Positions 28,423-39,200 of a stretch of 64,000 nt of DNA are shown one piece after another; positions within the stretch are counted from its first letter, which is position 1, and the number at the start of each line of letters is the position of its first letter. A program made the translations under genes and the position numbers. The stretch is from assembly GCA_041660125.1 (NCBI GenBank), contig JBAZWY010000029.1, forward strand, positions 2,616-66,615. The letters run 5' to 3'. The notes under the pieces were generated by a model, which saw only the letters and a list, made by a program, of their open reading frames with translations, was not told the origin of the DNA and did not search any database. Source of the DNA: Lentimicrobiaceae bacterium. Its GTDB lineage: Bacteria; Bacteroidota; Bacteroidia; Bacteroidales; UBA4417.

Positions 28423-31400
28423 TTATTCCACAGGAATCTCATCAATATTATAACGTACATCGGGTGTATTAAGTGTTCCTTCAATATATTTCGCTTCATC
28501 TTTGGAGTCAAAGTACCCCAGCCGTACTTTATAAAGTTGTTCTTCGAAAACGATGAACCATTCTCTGCGCGTACGAATCAGAAGGTCACTCGCAAGTTGT
28601 TCGGCACTGGTCCTGCTTGTAAAAGCATCGGCCTGAATATAAAACCTGTGCGATTCGGTTCCTGTATTCCTGCTACCATTAGGAGGCGTTTCAATGAGTG
28701 CATTTCTCCTGGTTTTCGGTTCTTCAGGTTTTTGAATTCTGGTATTGGAATCGTCCACAGCATTAGCAGGGATAGTTTCAGGTTCAGCAGCCTTGTTTTT
28801 CGCTGATTGACGATCCTTCTCTTTACGTTTCTGATCTCTCGATTCTTTATTGTTTTTTAATTCGATAGGTTTCACCACTTCCGAAGTGCCATCCACATAG
28901 TAAGGGACTTCGTTTGTGTTGAGTGTGCCTTCAACAAACGTTGCAGCCTCTTTAGTGTTAAAGTACCCAAGCCTCACTTTATAAAGCCCGTCTTCATAAG
29001 CAACAAACCATCTTTTTAAAGTTAGTTTTAAAAGATCTTTGGCTAATCGTTCAGCATGTACCCTGGAATCAAATGCCCCAGCCTGAATAAAGAACCTGTC
29101 CGATGAAGTAGCTTTGTTTGTTTCATCAATAGTTGGAGTTATAACTGTACCATCTTTGGTCAGTTTAATGGCAGGTTCCGCTGCTTGTGCATGCGCAGGA
29201 AGTTCTTTCTTTGCTTGCGGAATAATTGCTTCATTCTTTATTGCTTTCGGCAATTCCTGTTCCTTACCTGTAGTTTCTTTCAAATCAGGAACTTTTTCAG
29301 GTTCTGCCTGTGTTTTTTGGTTTTCAGCCGGAATAATACTTTGCTGTGGCATGGTTTGTTTCTGACCATCAATTTGCATGTCAACTTTTGGCTGTTTGGG
29401 TATTTCCACACCCTCAGGTTTGTTAACATAGTATTCTATACCGATTTTATTCAGCGACCTTACAATGTTCCTGGCTTCATTTTTAGTTGTAAAATAGCCC
29501 AGCCTTACTTTATAGAGTCCTTTCCCGCAAGCGATAAACCAATTTTGCCCGGTTGTCGCAATAAGTTTAGCAGTTAGTTTGTCGGCATTCGATTTTATAG
29601 CAAAGGCACCGGCCTGAATGAAATATCCATTTTGCGGATGAAGACTATCCTCACAATCAAAGGATGGAATTATAGAAGCAACATTATTAATAGTAGAAGG
29701 TTTTTCAGGTCCTTTGTCAGATCCTTGTTTCTGTGGTGCAATTTCAGGTCTTTTCTGCTGTTGATCAGGTTTTGTAATAAACGGGATCTCTGAAATGTAG
29801 TAGTATATTCCCGGGGTGTCCAGGGATGTTCTAAAATTATTTGCTGTTTCTTTGGAATCAAAGTAACCAAACCTGACTTTGTAGAGCCCATTTTCCTGAA
29901 TAACAAACCAGCTTTTCGATGTCAGGTTTGATAGATCCCTCATTCGACGCTCAGCATTCCTTTGTTTCTTAAAGGCTCCGGCTTGTATAAAGAATTTATG
30001 TGATTCAGTTGGCTGATTTGAGATATCAAACAGAGGGGTTAACAAAACAGTTTTTTTTGTAGTTACTGTGAGTTGCTCTTTCGCAGCTGGTTTAATTTCT
30101 GTTTTCTTCTGCTCTGTAACTGCAAGTTCTTCTGTTTCACCTGTTGATTTCAAAAGCTGGAATTCTATATTGTCAATAATATCGCCATAAGTAGTTGCAT
30201 GAATTTCAAATTCAAAACGTTCCGGCTTTGAGACAGCTTTCAGGCGGGATAATTGCATTGTATCAACTTCGGCATAGTAGGAACCCGGGCCCAGACCCAA
30301 ATAATTGAAATATCCGTCAGATTCACTTTGTGTTTTAGCAATAAAATTGTCATTATCATCAAAAATATTAACCTGGATACGCCCTTGCTCTCTGAGGCTC
30401 CCGCCTTTTTGCATATAAATCGTACCATTTATTTCACCCATCACTTTTATAGGAACCTCCAGCAGTTTAAACTGGTTAGGATCCATGAGAATGCTTACAG
30501 TTTTATCCTTTATCTGCCAGGCAATATTGTCAAATTGGGTATCATTAAATTCAAGCATATAGCTTGCAAAAGGTTCCAGATCAAGTATCCTGATGATAGA
30601 ATCTTTCGAATCGGGTAAAATTCTTCCACCGTTGATGCGTAAATCCATACCTTTTGTAATAGGTTCATTATCATCACGATGGTTGTTGTTGTTGATGTCC
30701 AGGAACGGGATTACAGTAAGTCCGGCTCTGCCAACCTGTGTTCGTCTGTCAGCCAGTATGCGGCCGTTTCCACTTCCGAAGGCAAAGCTACCTCTTGCAC
30801 TCTGTCCGGTCATTATATAATCATTCGTAACTCTGGTATTAAGGCTGACCTGGGCAAAGGAAAGGTCGTACCTGAATGTTAATTCGACGCTGTTTATGTT
30901 ATTGCGAATATTATTTTCCCATACAAGTGAAAGATTGCATCTTGGCGAAAAATTATTTTCTAACTCTGCTTTGGTGTAAATCAGGCTATTATTCGAAAAA
31001 TCATATTGTACCTGTGGCCTGAAAGAGAGGGTTTTGAAAAACCTGAATCCAAGCCCAAGGTTACCATAAATAAAAGGGTCATATTTGCCCAGCCAGTTTG
31101 CGTTTCCGGTAAAATTTGCACTTACTCCATTAAAAAAAGTTGAGATGGTAGCCTCAGCAGTTGAATAGGTGGTTTCTCTCAAAATATTCTGAGAATAGGA
31201 TAAGCGGCTATAAACCTTAAATTTCTTTATATAAATTGGGATTGATACCCGTATCTTTCTTTCTTCCAAGTAGTTAAATGTGATGGCTTTCTGTTCGTTT
31301 GCATATTTGGTATAATCAATATCAAAAACAAAATTGGATGGCAAACTGTAGCTTAACAGAGCTTTAGTCCGGACACCATAAGCATATTCACCATTTAACA

Positions 31401-32769
31401 GAACATTGCCCAATAGCTGAACTGATCCATTTATAAAAGGGATAGAAGGCGCTGAGCTGATTGATGACAAGTATTCAATACCACCACCAACAGTTAAGTG
31501 TCTGTTTATACCAAAGTTAACTTCTCCATGAGTGAAAATACTATGACTTGTATCCTGAACCATAGCCCCAGCTATGGTATATTGAAATTCCCCGGAAGGC
31601 AAGAAATTGAATGGAATATTAATGTGCTCTTCTTTAAGTCTTTCTTCTCCCCACGGACCATAAAACTTTATGAGTACATCTGAAGATCCATACACTAGAG
31701 GAATATCGAATTTGTAGAACCCTGAAGCATCAGCAGTTGTAAAATCGACGATTACGTTATTGATATACAGTTCAACCGTCCATCCCGGCTCTGTAAAATC
31801 CGACATGGTATAACTACCAAACGACCTGCGGTAAGTCGTTGGTGTATTGGTAATTACAGTTCCTAAAAGCGGGGAATAAATACTTGCTATAGAGCGAGAT
31901 GCAATTTTACCTACCGTAATCTGTTTAACAAGTTTTGTGTCATTGTTTGCCCATCTCCAGTGATATTGCTGTTGCCTTTTTTCAAAATTATTCCTGGATG
32001 AATAATTAAGTTCAATATTGGTTTCTCCGCCCAGAAATTCGGTACCAAGCCCTAGCATAGCCCGGGTTTCGCTGGTTCCTCCGGTAACCTGATTTGAATA
32101 AATAGCCCAGTCGGCCATTCCTCCCCTGAAAAGATGATATTTCCGTTTGTAAGTAGTATCAACCTTGATTTCGCCACGTAAACGGCTTATGTTCTTACGC
32201 ATCTGTTCGAGCCGTAATTCCTTTATAACCGGTAACTCGTGACTGGTTTTGAGCTCAACCGAGAGGCTGCTGAAATTAAATCTGCAATCCAGGCCGAATA
32301 TTTTTCCATACTGATCCAGCCGTAATGCAAGGCTGGTTGTTTCGGTATTTAGTAGTTCATCCTTATTAAGTTGTATAAGTTTTCCATCAATAAATATGGT
32401 TCGGCTTTCCTGGCTGATGATGTATTTATTGTTTTCATCTAAAAAAAAACCGCTGATCGTATCGTTAAATTCGGAAGTTTGCTGGTTGATTTTCAGGCAT
32501 TGAAATAATTCGGATATAGGCAGATAAATCTGATCATTTTTATATATGGCAGTGACATCAAATCCACCTATGCCCTGGACATTTAAAAAAACAGATATTT
32601 CTTCATAATCCTTGTCTGAATCCTGGGCATGTAAAAAGGTGGTGGAAGAAAGAGCAAATAAAATTAATAGTATAAATCTAAAAATTCCCTTACTGTATTT
32701 ACTGAATTGCATCCTAACTGACAAAATTATTGCCACAGATTCACAATCTGCCAGGGGTGCAACTTTCAT
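28423..32769 (-). CDS. Usher-like outer-membrane protein fused to four C-terminal SPOR (peptidoglycan-binding) repeats
   Basis: 1448 aa.
- Start and export: signal peptide FILLILFALSSTTFLHA|QD, with a likely true start at M20 (32712).
- Usher-like part, aa ~50-870: a beta-strand-rich barrel-length region; a plug-like segment GWTVELYINNVIVDFTTADASGFYKFDIPLVYGSSDVLIKFYGPWGEE; and a CarboxypepD_reg-like sandwich GRIQVNIFDDNDNFIAKTQSESDGYFNYLGLGPGSYYAEV.
- SPOR part, aa 923-1444 (nt 28438..30003): four copies of F(F/Y)IQAGAF...WF....GLYKVR(F/L)GYF..K.EA, separated by K/E/P/Q-rich linkers. Confidence 0.6.
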   Translation of the reverse strand: MKVAPLADCESVAIILSVRMQFSKYSKGIFRFILLILFALSSTTFLHAQDSDKDYEEISVFLNVQGIGGFDVTAIYKNDQIYLPISELFQCLKINQQTSEFNDTISGFFLDENNKYIISQESRTIFIDGKLIQLNKDELLNTETTSLALRLDQYGKIFGLDCRFNFSSLSVELKTSHELPVIKELRLEQMRKNISRLRGEIKVDTTYKRKYHLFRGGMADWAIYSNQVTGGTSETRAMLGLGTEFLGGETNIELNYSSRNNFEKRQQQYHWRWANNDTKLVKQITVGKIASRSIASIYSPLLGTVITNTPTTYRRSFGSYTMSDFTEPGWTVELYINNVIVDFTTADASGFYKFDIPLVYGSSDVLIKFYGPWGEERLKEEHINIPFNFLPSGEFQYTIAGAMVQDTSHSIFTHGEVNFGINRHLTVGGGIEYLSSISSAPSIPFINGSVQLLGNVLLNGEYAYGVRTKALLSYSLPSNFVFDIDYTKYANEQKAITFNYLEERKIRVSIPIYIKKFKVYSRLSYSQNILRETTYSTAEATISTFFNGVSANFTGNANWLGKYDPFIYGNLGLGFRFFKTLSFRPQVQYDFSNNSLIYTKAELENNFSPRCNLSLVWENNIRNNINSVELTFRYDLSFAQVSLNTRVTNDYIMTGQSARGSFAFGSGNGRILADRRTQVGRAGLTVIPFLDINNNNHRDDNEPITKGMDLRINGGRILPDSKDSIIRILDLEPFASYMLEFNDTQFDNIAWQIKDKTVSILMDPNQFKLLEVPIKVMGEINGTIYMQKGGSLREQGRIQVNIFDDNDNFIAKTQSESDGYFNYLGLGPGSYYAEVDTMQLSRLKAVSKPERFEFEIHATTYGDIIDNIEFQLLKSTGETEELAVTEQKKTEIKPAAKEQLTVTTKKTVLLTPLFDISNQPTESHKFFIQAGAFKKQRNAERRMRDLSNLTSKSWFVIQENGLYKVRFGYFDSKETANNFRTSLDTPGIYYYISEIPFITKPDQQQKRPEIAPQKQGSDKGPEKPSTINNVASIIPSFDCEDSLHPQNGYFIQAGAFAIKSNADKLTAKLIATTGQNWFIACGKGLYKVRLGYFTTKNEARNIVRSLNKIGIEYYVNKPEGVEIPKQPKVDMQIDGQKQTMPQQSIIPAENQKTQAEPEKVPDLKETTGKEQELPKAIKNEAIIPQAKKELPAHAQAAEPAIKLTKDGTVITPTIDETNKATSSDRFFIQAGAFDSRVHAERLAKDLLKLTLKRWFVAYEDGLYKVRLGYFNTKEAATFVEGTLNTNEVPYYVDGTSEVVKPIELKNNKESRDQKRKEKDRQSAKNKAAEPETIPANAVDDSNTRIQKPEEPKTRRNALIETPPNGSRNTGTESHRFYIQADAFTSRTSAEQLASDLLIRTRREWFIVFEEQLYKVRLGYFDSKDEAKYIEGTLNTPDVRYNIDEIPVE

Positions 32770-32773
32770 CGTA

Positions 32774-33292
32774 TTATTGTTGGATAAAAGTTATTGTAAA
32801 AAAGCCTAAATAGTCTCCTGCAGGGTTGGCCAGTTTGTTGCCAATGGTTAGTGTACCTCCAATGCGGACTTCCGTGTTGGTGCTCTTTGTATTGATAAAG
32901 GGAGAATGGGGTACTGAAGAATTTATCTGCATAGACATTGACCAACTCCCCATGCTTAAAACAGTAGGGCTTCCGAAATCAATATTTATGATTGATCCTG
33001 GAATGGCATCAACTTCAAAAATTGCAGGGTAATATGAATGACTTTGGTATGTTAAAACCACATCTCCGGTAGTGGACCGTGATCCCTGAGGGTCAATTGT
33101 TACAGTTCCCCCGGAATTACCCTGGATAATTGCGCCGAAACTCAGATTTTGAAATGTTCTGACCTGCAAAGGACGCGGAGGATTCTCCTGTGCATTGGCC
33201 GAAAAACAAAGAAGGATCAGGGCTATACTGCTAAAAATAGAGTGTAAGGCTTTGTAATGAATGGTATTATATAGTTGGCTCGGTTTTTTCAT
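32774..33292 (-). CDS. DUF4402/SCPU-like pilin-fold protein lacking the long N-terminal extension
   Basis: 172 aa with a signal peptide ending SANA|QE. It has the core FQNLSFGAIIQGNSGGTVTIDPQGSRSTTGDV...PAIFEVDAIPGS...IDF, as in the other pilin paralogues. Only ~16 Pro-rich residues precede the LxFG motif, against ~24 in the others, and the C-terminus is FIQQ rather than YN. The start overlaps the stop of the 2411-aa gene (ATGA at 33289-33292). Confidence 0.55.
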   Translation of the reverse strand: MKKPSQLYNTIHYKALHSIFSSIALILLCFSANAQENPPRPLQVRTFQNLSFGAIIQGNSGGTVTIDPQGSRSTTGDVVLTYQSHSYYPAIFEVDAIPGSIINIDFGSPTVLSMGSWSMSMQINSSVPHSPFINTKSTNTEVRIGGTLTIGNKLANPAGDYLGFFTITFIQQ

Positions 33293-36200
33293 TTTGGAAT
33301 ATAAATTTTATGCGAACACAATCCTTGCGATGAATATAGTGTTAAAATATACATACCGGCATGAAGATAATGATCTATTTCATGCAACCCATTTCCAAAA
33401 AGGTTCTGTTGAAGCATAACCTGGCCCAGCATGTTGCTGATAATCAGACGTGAATCCTTTTCAGAAGCGAGTTTTACATAAACATTAAGTTTTCCGTTTT
33501 CAATATTTGCATTAAACGTATTGTTATCAACAAAAGTATCCGTGAGTTCACTTTCGCTGAATAGCAGAACAAACCTGTTTTCGAGCATACCTTTGGCCAG
33601 ATGAACGCGGTATTCGGGATTTACCTGCAGATTCTGAATCTTGCCGGTTATCGCATCCGAAAGATAAACATAAAGGCCGGTTGGCATATTTAAAATAGCT
33701 GTAGCTTTAAATGTAACCCAATTTTCCTGTTCTGTTTTTAAACCCAATGGTACTTTTGTGATACTATCACTTGGGTATGGAATTGCACTGATCGATAATT
33801 TGTCAGCCTTTGGAGTAACTGCATATAAATTTGGAACACGAACATCTGTATTCATTAATTTCAACGCATCCAGAAGCTGGTCGAATGAGGTTGATGCATA
33901 ATCATCAAAATATACGACTGCATGATCAGGTGTTTTCTCGTTTTCGTAAGCAGCAGTAAGCCTGATCATAGGTTGCGTTTGAACTTCAGCTGATTTATGA
34001 AAAGCAGGCGAAAGGTTGTTAACACGCACCCGATTGTCCATGCCCAGGGTGGCCGATACCGGATATGATCCGTCGGAAACATGGATAAAAAATCCCTGCA
34101 TGGATGGAATTATGCTTCCTGCAGTGTCATTACTCGACACACCGTTTATATATGTACTGTATGTTCCGGTATAAGGGTCGGTTGTACCGGCATCAAAAAA
34201 GTATAATGCATTATCTATATTGGTTTTGGTCCAGCCAGTTGTTGCATTCCAGTCGATAGGAGAGGGGTATGGATTTCCAATAAGGTTGAATCCTTTGGTG
34301 TATAAACGATCGTGATTATAAAGTGTTAAGGAGGTTCCAATATTATTATTTACAACACCGGTAATATTAACAGTTTTGGTAATTGGCGAATTGCCGAAAT
34401 TTGCGGCATATCCTTGCATAGGAATTAAAGGTTCAGTTGTCGTTATATACTTCGACCAGCCTGTAGTATAGATTAAAACTCCTGAAGAGTCACGGTGATT
34501 GTCTTCGTCATATTTATACAGCATTGGGAACGATGCAGCAAGATCAATATCATCGGCAAGTTCGTTAACCGTAGATGCCTGGAAGGGAGAACTGATATAT
34601 TTGTAACCGTAACCCGATGGAAGGTAACGCTGCATGGTCACATTCCCTGTTACTGAACCTGTTCCCGAACCATCAATAAGCGCTGTTTGCGCTGCTGATG
34701 ATACAAGTGTTAAGTTTCCTGATGAACTGAGGTTCCCGTTTTGCGCATTTACTACACCGGTAACTTTAAGCGGTCCCAGCAATGTGACTCCTGATGGGTT
34801 ATTGACAACCAAATTATAAATTTCATTATTTAAAAATGAAGCTGCAGGAACAAATTGAGCCGAAGTGCCTGCATATACAATAGTTGAGCTTGCAGCGGAA
34901 GAATTAATTATGGCACCGTTCGAAAAATTTAAATCACCATGCAACGTGAGTTTATAATTATTGGTTAAGATTCCGGCAGTAAGAGTTAACGTATTTGAAA
35001 CGCTAACGTCTTTTGAAAGCGTAAGTCCTGCACTATTGTTACTGGTAAGATTATTGGCACTTGTTAGTCCGTTTCCTGATATCTGACCCGATGCGCCATT
35101 ATAGCTATAATTGGCGCTACTATTATATGTTCTTGGTCCATTAAATTGCACGGAGCCACTATTCCCGGAAAGTGAAATTCCGGCAGGATCGGCGGTTATT
35201 AAACTAGCTCCGCTATTTAAAATAAAATGCGAAGCTCCGGCAATATTACCATAAGGCGTATCATTTAGAATATATGTTCCGAAATCAATCGTTCCATTTA
35301 CGATAAAATCGGCATAATATTTTGCTTCAGAGGCGTCGCCTGTTAAAGTAATATTTGATCCAAGTTTTACTCTACTTCCAGCGTTTGCTGTATATGTAGT
35401 CCAGATAGAAGCGCTTGCAATGGAAAAGGTTACCGTTTGTAATGAACTACCACTAAATATGATTTGACCATTTGTTGCTCCGGGACCATTTGTTGTTATT
35501 GAACCTGATCCGGCAGAATTTGTCAAATTACCTGCAATATTAAGTATCGATATTGCCCCATTTCCTGTTGGGTTAAAATCCAAAACTCCACCGGTTTGTA
35601 TGTAATTACCCGCAATAGTCAAAGTATTTGATTGAGTAGTACTTATGCTTACTCTAAAAGTGCCTGCACTAAGTGTGAAATTCCCATTAACAACAATATT
35701 GCCGGTTTCAGTTTTAGCGCCCGTTCCACTAATAGTGAGATTGTTGAAAGTACTTGAACCAATATTACTTGCTCCTGAACTATTAAAAATTACGGTACTC
35801 GAATTCGGGATAAAAGTACCGTTGTTCGTCCAACTTCCGCTAGCAGTCAGGGTATTTGAACCCGTGATAGTGAGTGATGCTCCCGGATCAATTGTGATAT
35901 TATTACAAACGGCTGCTGTTCCGATAACTGGCTGATTTGGAGCCCCCGATGGAATGGTCACATCAGTAGTTGAAGTAGGAATCCCACCACACCAATTGGA
36001 AGCTGTGTGCCAGTCGGTACTTGTAATGCCAAGCCATGAACCTCCTGTTGTAGTTGTAATTGTTGCAGTATTGCCCGAAGAGGCAGTAGTTGCACAGCTA
36101 GTTAATTTCAGACTATTGATAGTCAAATTTGTAGTGCCGGCTGATGCAAGAACGGGTGTATTAAAAGTTCCGCTGTTGCCACTGCTGACAATCAATGCTA

Positions 36201-39200
36201 CATCGGTAGCACCTTGTGGATTGGCACCGGTCAGCGTGTAATTAACTGTATATGTTCCGTTTGGTAAATTTGTCGCACTTATTGTAATGACAGATGAGCT
36301 ACCTGAACAAGTATTTGTTGCACTTGTTAATAGACCGCTCAAATCAGGAATGTCATTTACTGTTATCATTACTACATTCGAATTTGCCGATGAACATACT
36401 CCACTGGTTACTATCGCCCTGTAATAACGTGTTGCTGAAAGCGTCCCCATTTGAGCGCTGGTTAAAAGTGATGCAGTAGCGCCTGCAACATTATTAAATG
36501 TAATATTATCAATAGATGTTTGCCATTGGATTGTACCGGTTTGACCAGTTAAAGTGATATCGGAAGGGGAACTTCCACTACAAATCGTTTGATTGGATGT
36601 AGCTGTACCACCAGCACTTATTGGATTAAGAGTTATAGTAATTGTATTCGAAGTAGCCGGATTGCCACTTGAACAAGTTACATTGGAAGTTAGCATACAA
36701 GTAACCACATCATTATTAGCAGGAGTATATGAATAAGTTGAACTATTGGTTCCGACATTATTTCCGTTCACTTTCCATTGGTATGCAGGGGTTGTTCCTC
36801 CATTGGTGGGAGTTGCTGTGAAAGTAGCGCCGGTTCCTGCACATACCGGATTTGCAGAGGCAGCTATAATTACACTGACCGGAAGATTTGTGCTTACTGT
36901 TACAGCTAACGTCCTAGCAGCACTTGTTCCACAACTGTTTCCAGCCGTTACCGTGATATTCCCGTTTTGCCCGGCTGAGCCTGTGGTAACTGTTATCGAA
37001 TTAGTTCCTGCACCTGAAGTAACAGACCAGCCTGTCGGAACAGTCCATGTGTATGTTGTAGCATTTGTAACAGTACCGATACTATAGGTTTGGTTAGTCA
37101 ATCCGGGGCATTGAGATGTTGTGCCTGAAATTACTCCGGGAGTGGCAGGCGCTGCCGGGCTTACAGTAATAGTCGCTGTATCAGTTATAGTATTTGAACA
37201 TGCGGGAGCAGATTGATAAATTACACTTACTAAATTGTAAGAAAATATTCCAGCAGTACTGGTGGCAGCAGCCAATGTTGCCGTTGTGCTTGCACCAACG
37301 TTAATTGTCGCTTGATTTGCTCCGTTAATATTATAAGTAATTGAAACAGGTACAGTTTGAGGATTGGTAAAAGTTATATTTGGACTAGTTGCGTTTTGGC
37401 AAACGGTTGTTGTTCCGCTGATTGTTGCGACAGGAGTTGGACGAACTGTCAATATTGCTGAATTCGATTCATTGGAAGCCACATAAGGAATAGGAGCAAC
37501 ATTATTTGCACTGGATACAAGCGCTTTCCTGATCAGGTAATAAGTTCCTGCTGCATTAAATGGAGCTATGGCTGATGATGGGGTATAAGTTGCTGCCGTT
37601 TCTCCTGAAATATCGGTCCATGGACCAGTACCTGATATTGTGCTGTATGCCCATTGGTAGCCGGTACCGGAAAGCGTAATTCCTGAAGGCAATGTTCCGT
37701 AAATATCCCCGCTGATGGCTGCTCCAGTATTTCCCAGGCAAATACTTTGAGCAATATTAGTGGAGAGTGAATTGGCTAAAACCAGGGTCAGGTTTTGAAA
37801 TATAACCTGGTTTCCACCTCCGTTTTCATAAAAATCGTACACAAGTGAACTGGCTCCATTCAGGCTCATCAAAACCCTGGCACGGGTGCTAAAACTCTGG
37901 TCTTTCCAATTATCATATAAAAGTGTTCCATCAACAGTCAAACGACTTCCGTCATCCGATCCCAAATCTACGACATATAAGCCCTTTTTTGTTGAATTCA
38001 TCCGGTACCTAACAGAAAAGGTTGTTGTGTAGATGGATCTCGTTGTTGAATTCGAGGTAACATTAAAACAATTCGTACTACCGCCAAAACTCTCATTAAA
38101 CGTTTCCGCCTCAGTGTAATGTCCAATGTAATTTAAAAAATTGGTTCCATCATAAACATGACCAATCCATGAATCTGTTCCAGCTGCGTTTTGGTCATCT
38201 GTAGAAGTAGTGGGGTAAGTGGCTGTTACCAGAGTACGTGAACTTTCACATGCACCACCACTTAAGATTGAAACCCAATAATCGGTTGTACTGGCAAGAA
38301 CCGGGGTGGTATATGTATTATCCAAATTATTCGAGCTTGTTTTCAAGAGTGTCCCGCCACTTGCTGCATTATACCATTTGTAAAACTGCCCGGATACTGC
38401 CCCGGAAGCGGATAAAGTGGCTGTAGAGCCGATACAGATAAATCCTCCGGTTGTACCTGGTGGGGTTGGAATTGTATTTACCGTTGCAACAACGGAGGTA
38501 CGAGTAGCAGTAGTACACCCATTATTAGTTGCATCAACGTAATAAGTTTTTGTTGCTGAAAGAGATGGGGTTGTATAACTTGTACCTGTTCCAAGTGAGG
38601 CGCCACCTATAGATGCCGCATACCAGTTGATCGTTCCGGCTGATGCCGCAGCGTCTAAAGTTACGGTTCCTGATCCACACGTTGATCCGGGTGTTGTTCC
38701 TGTAATGGTTGGAATGGAATTCACTGTTAAATTACTGCCGTTATTCGTTCCGGCAATCGCAGGACTACTACTCACAACACGTATCCTGTAACCTGCTCCG
38801 GTTGCAGTACCGGCTGGAAAGGTTCCTGAAATAGTTCCGGCAGTGGTTGATGTAAGTGTTCCTATATTAACTGGTGATGCAAAACTTCCGACTGAATTGG
38901 ATAACTGGGCTGTAAATACATTGCCCGAAGTAAAGGTTCCGCTAATGGTATATGGAATCGAAACTGAAGCCCCGGCACAAAAGGGTGAGCCGGTGATTGT
39001 GCCGGTTGAGATAGTAGGTATAATGTTTATGGTATAATCTTCTACCTCGCCATCGTAACCAATATCACAGGAAGCAGGATAAGCATAGTACTTGGCTGAA
39101 ATTCGAATTCTGGTGTTACCTGAAACGGCTCCGGAAGGAATATTTATGCTGAATGGACTTAAATTGGTTGGCCCATTGGCAGTGTTTGTTGCAACTCCGA

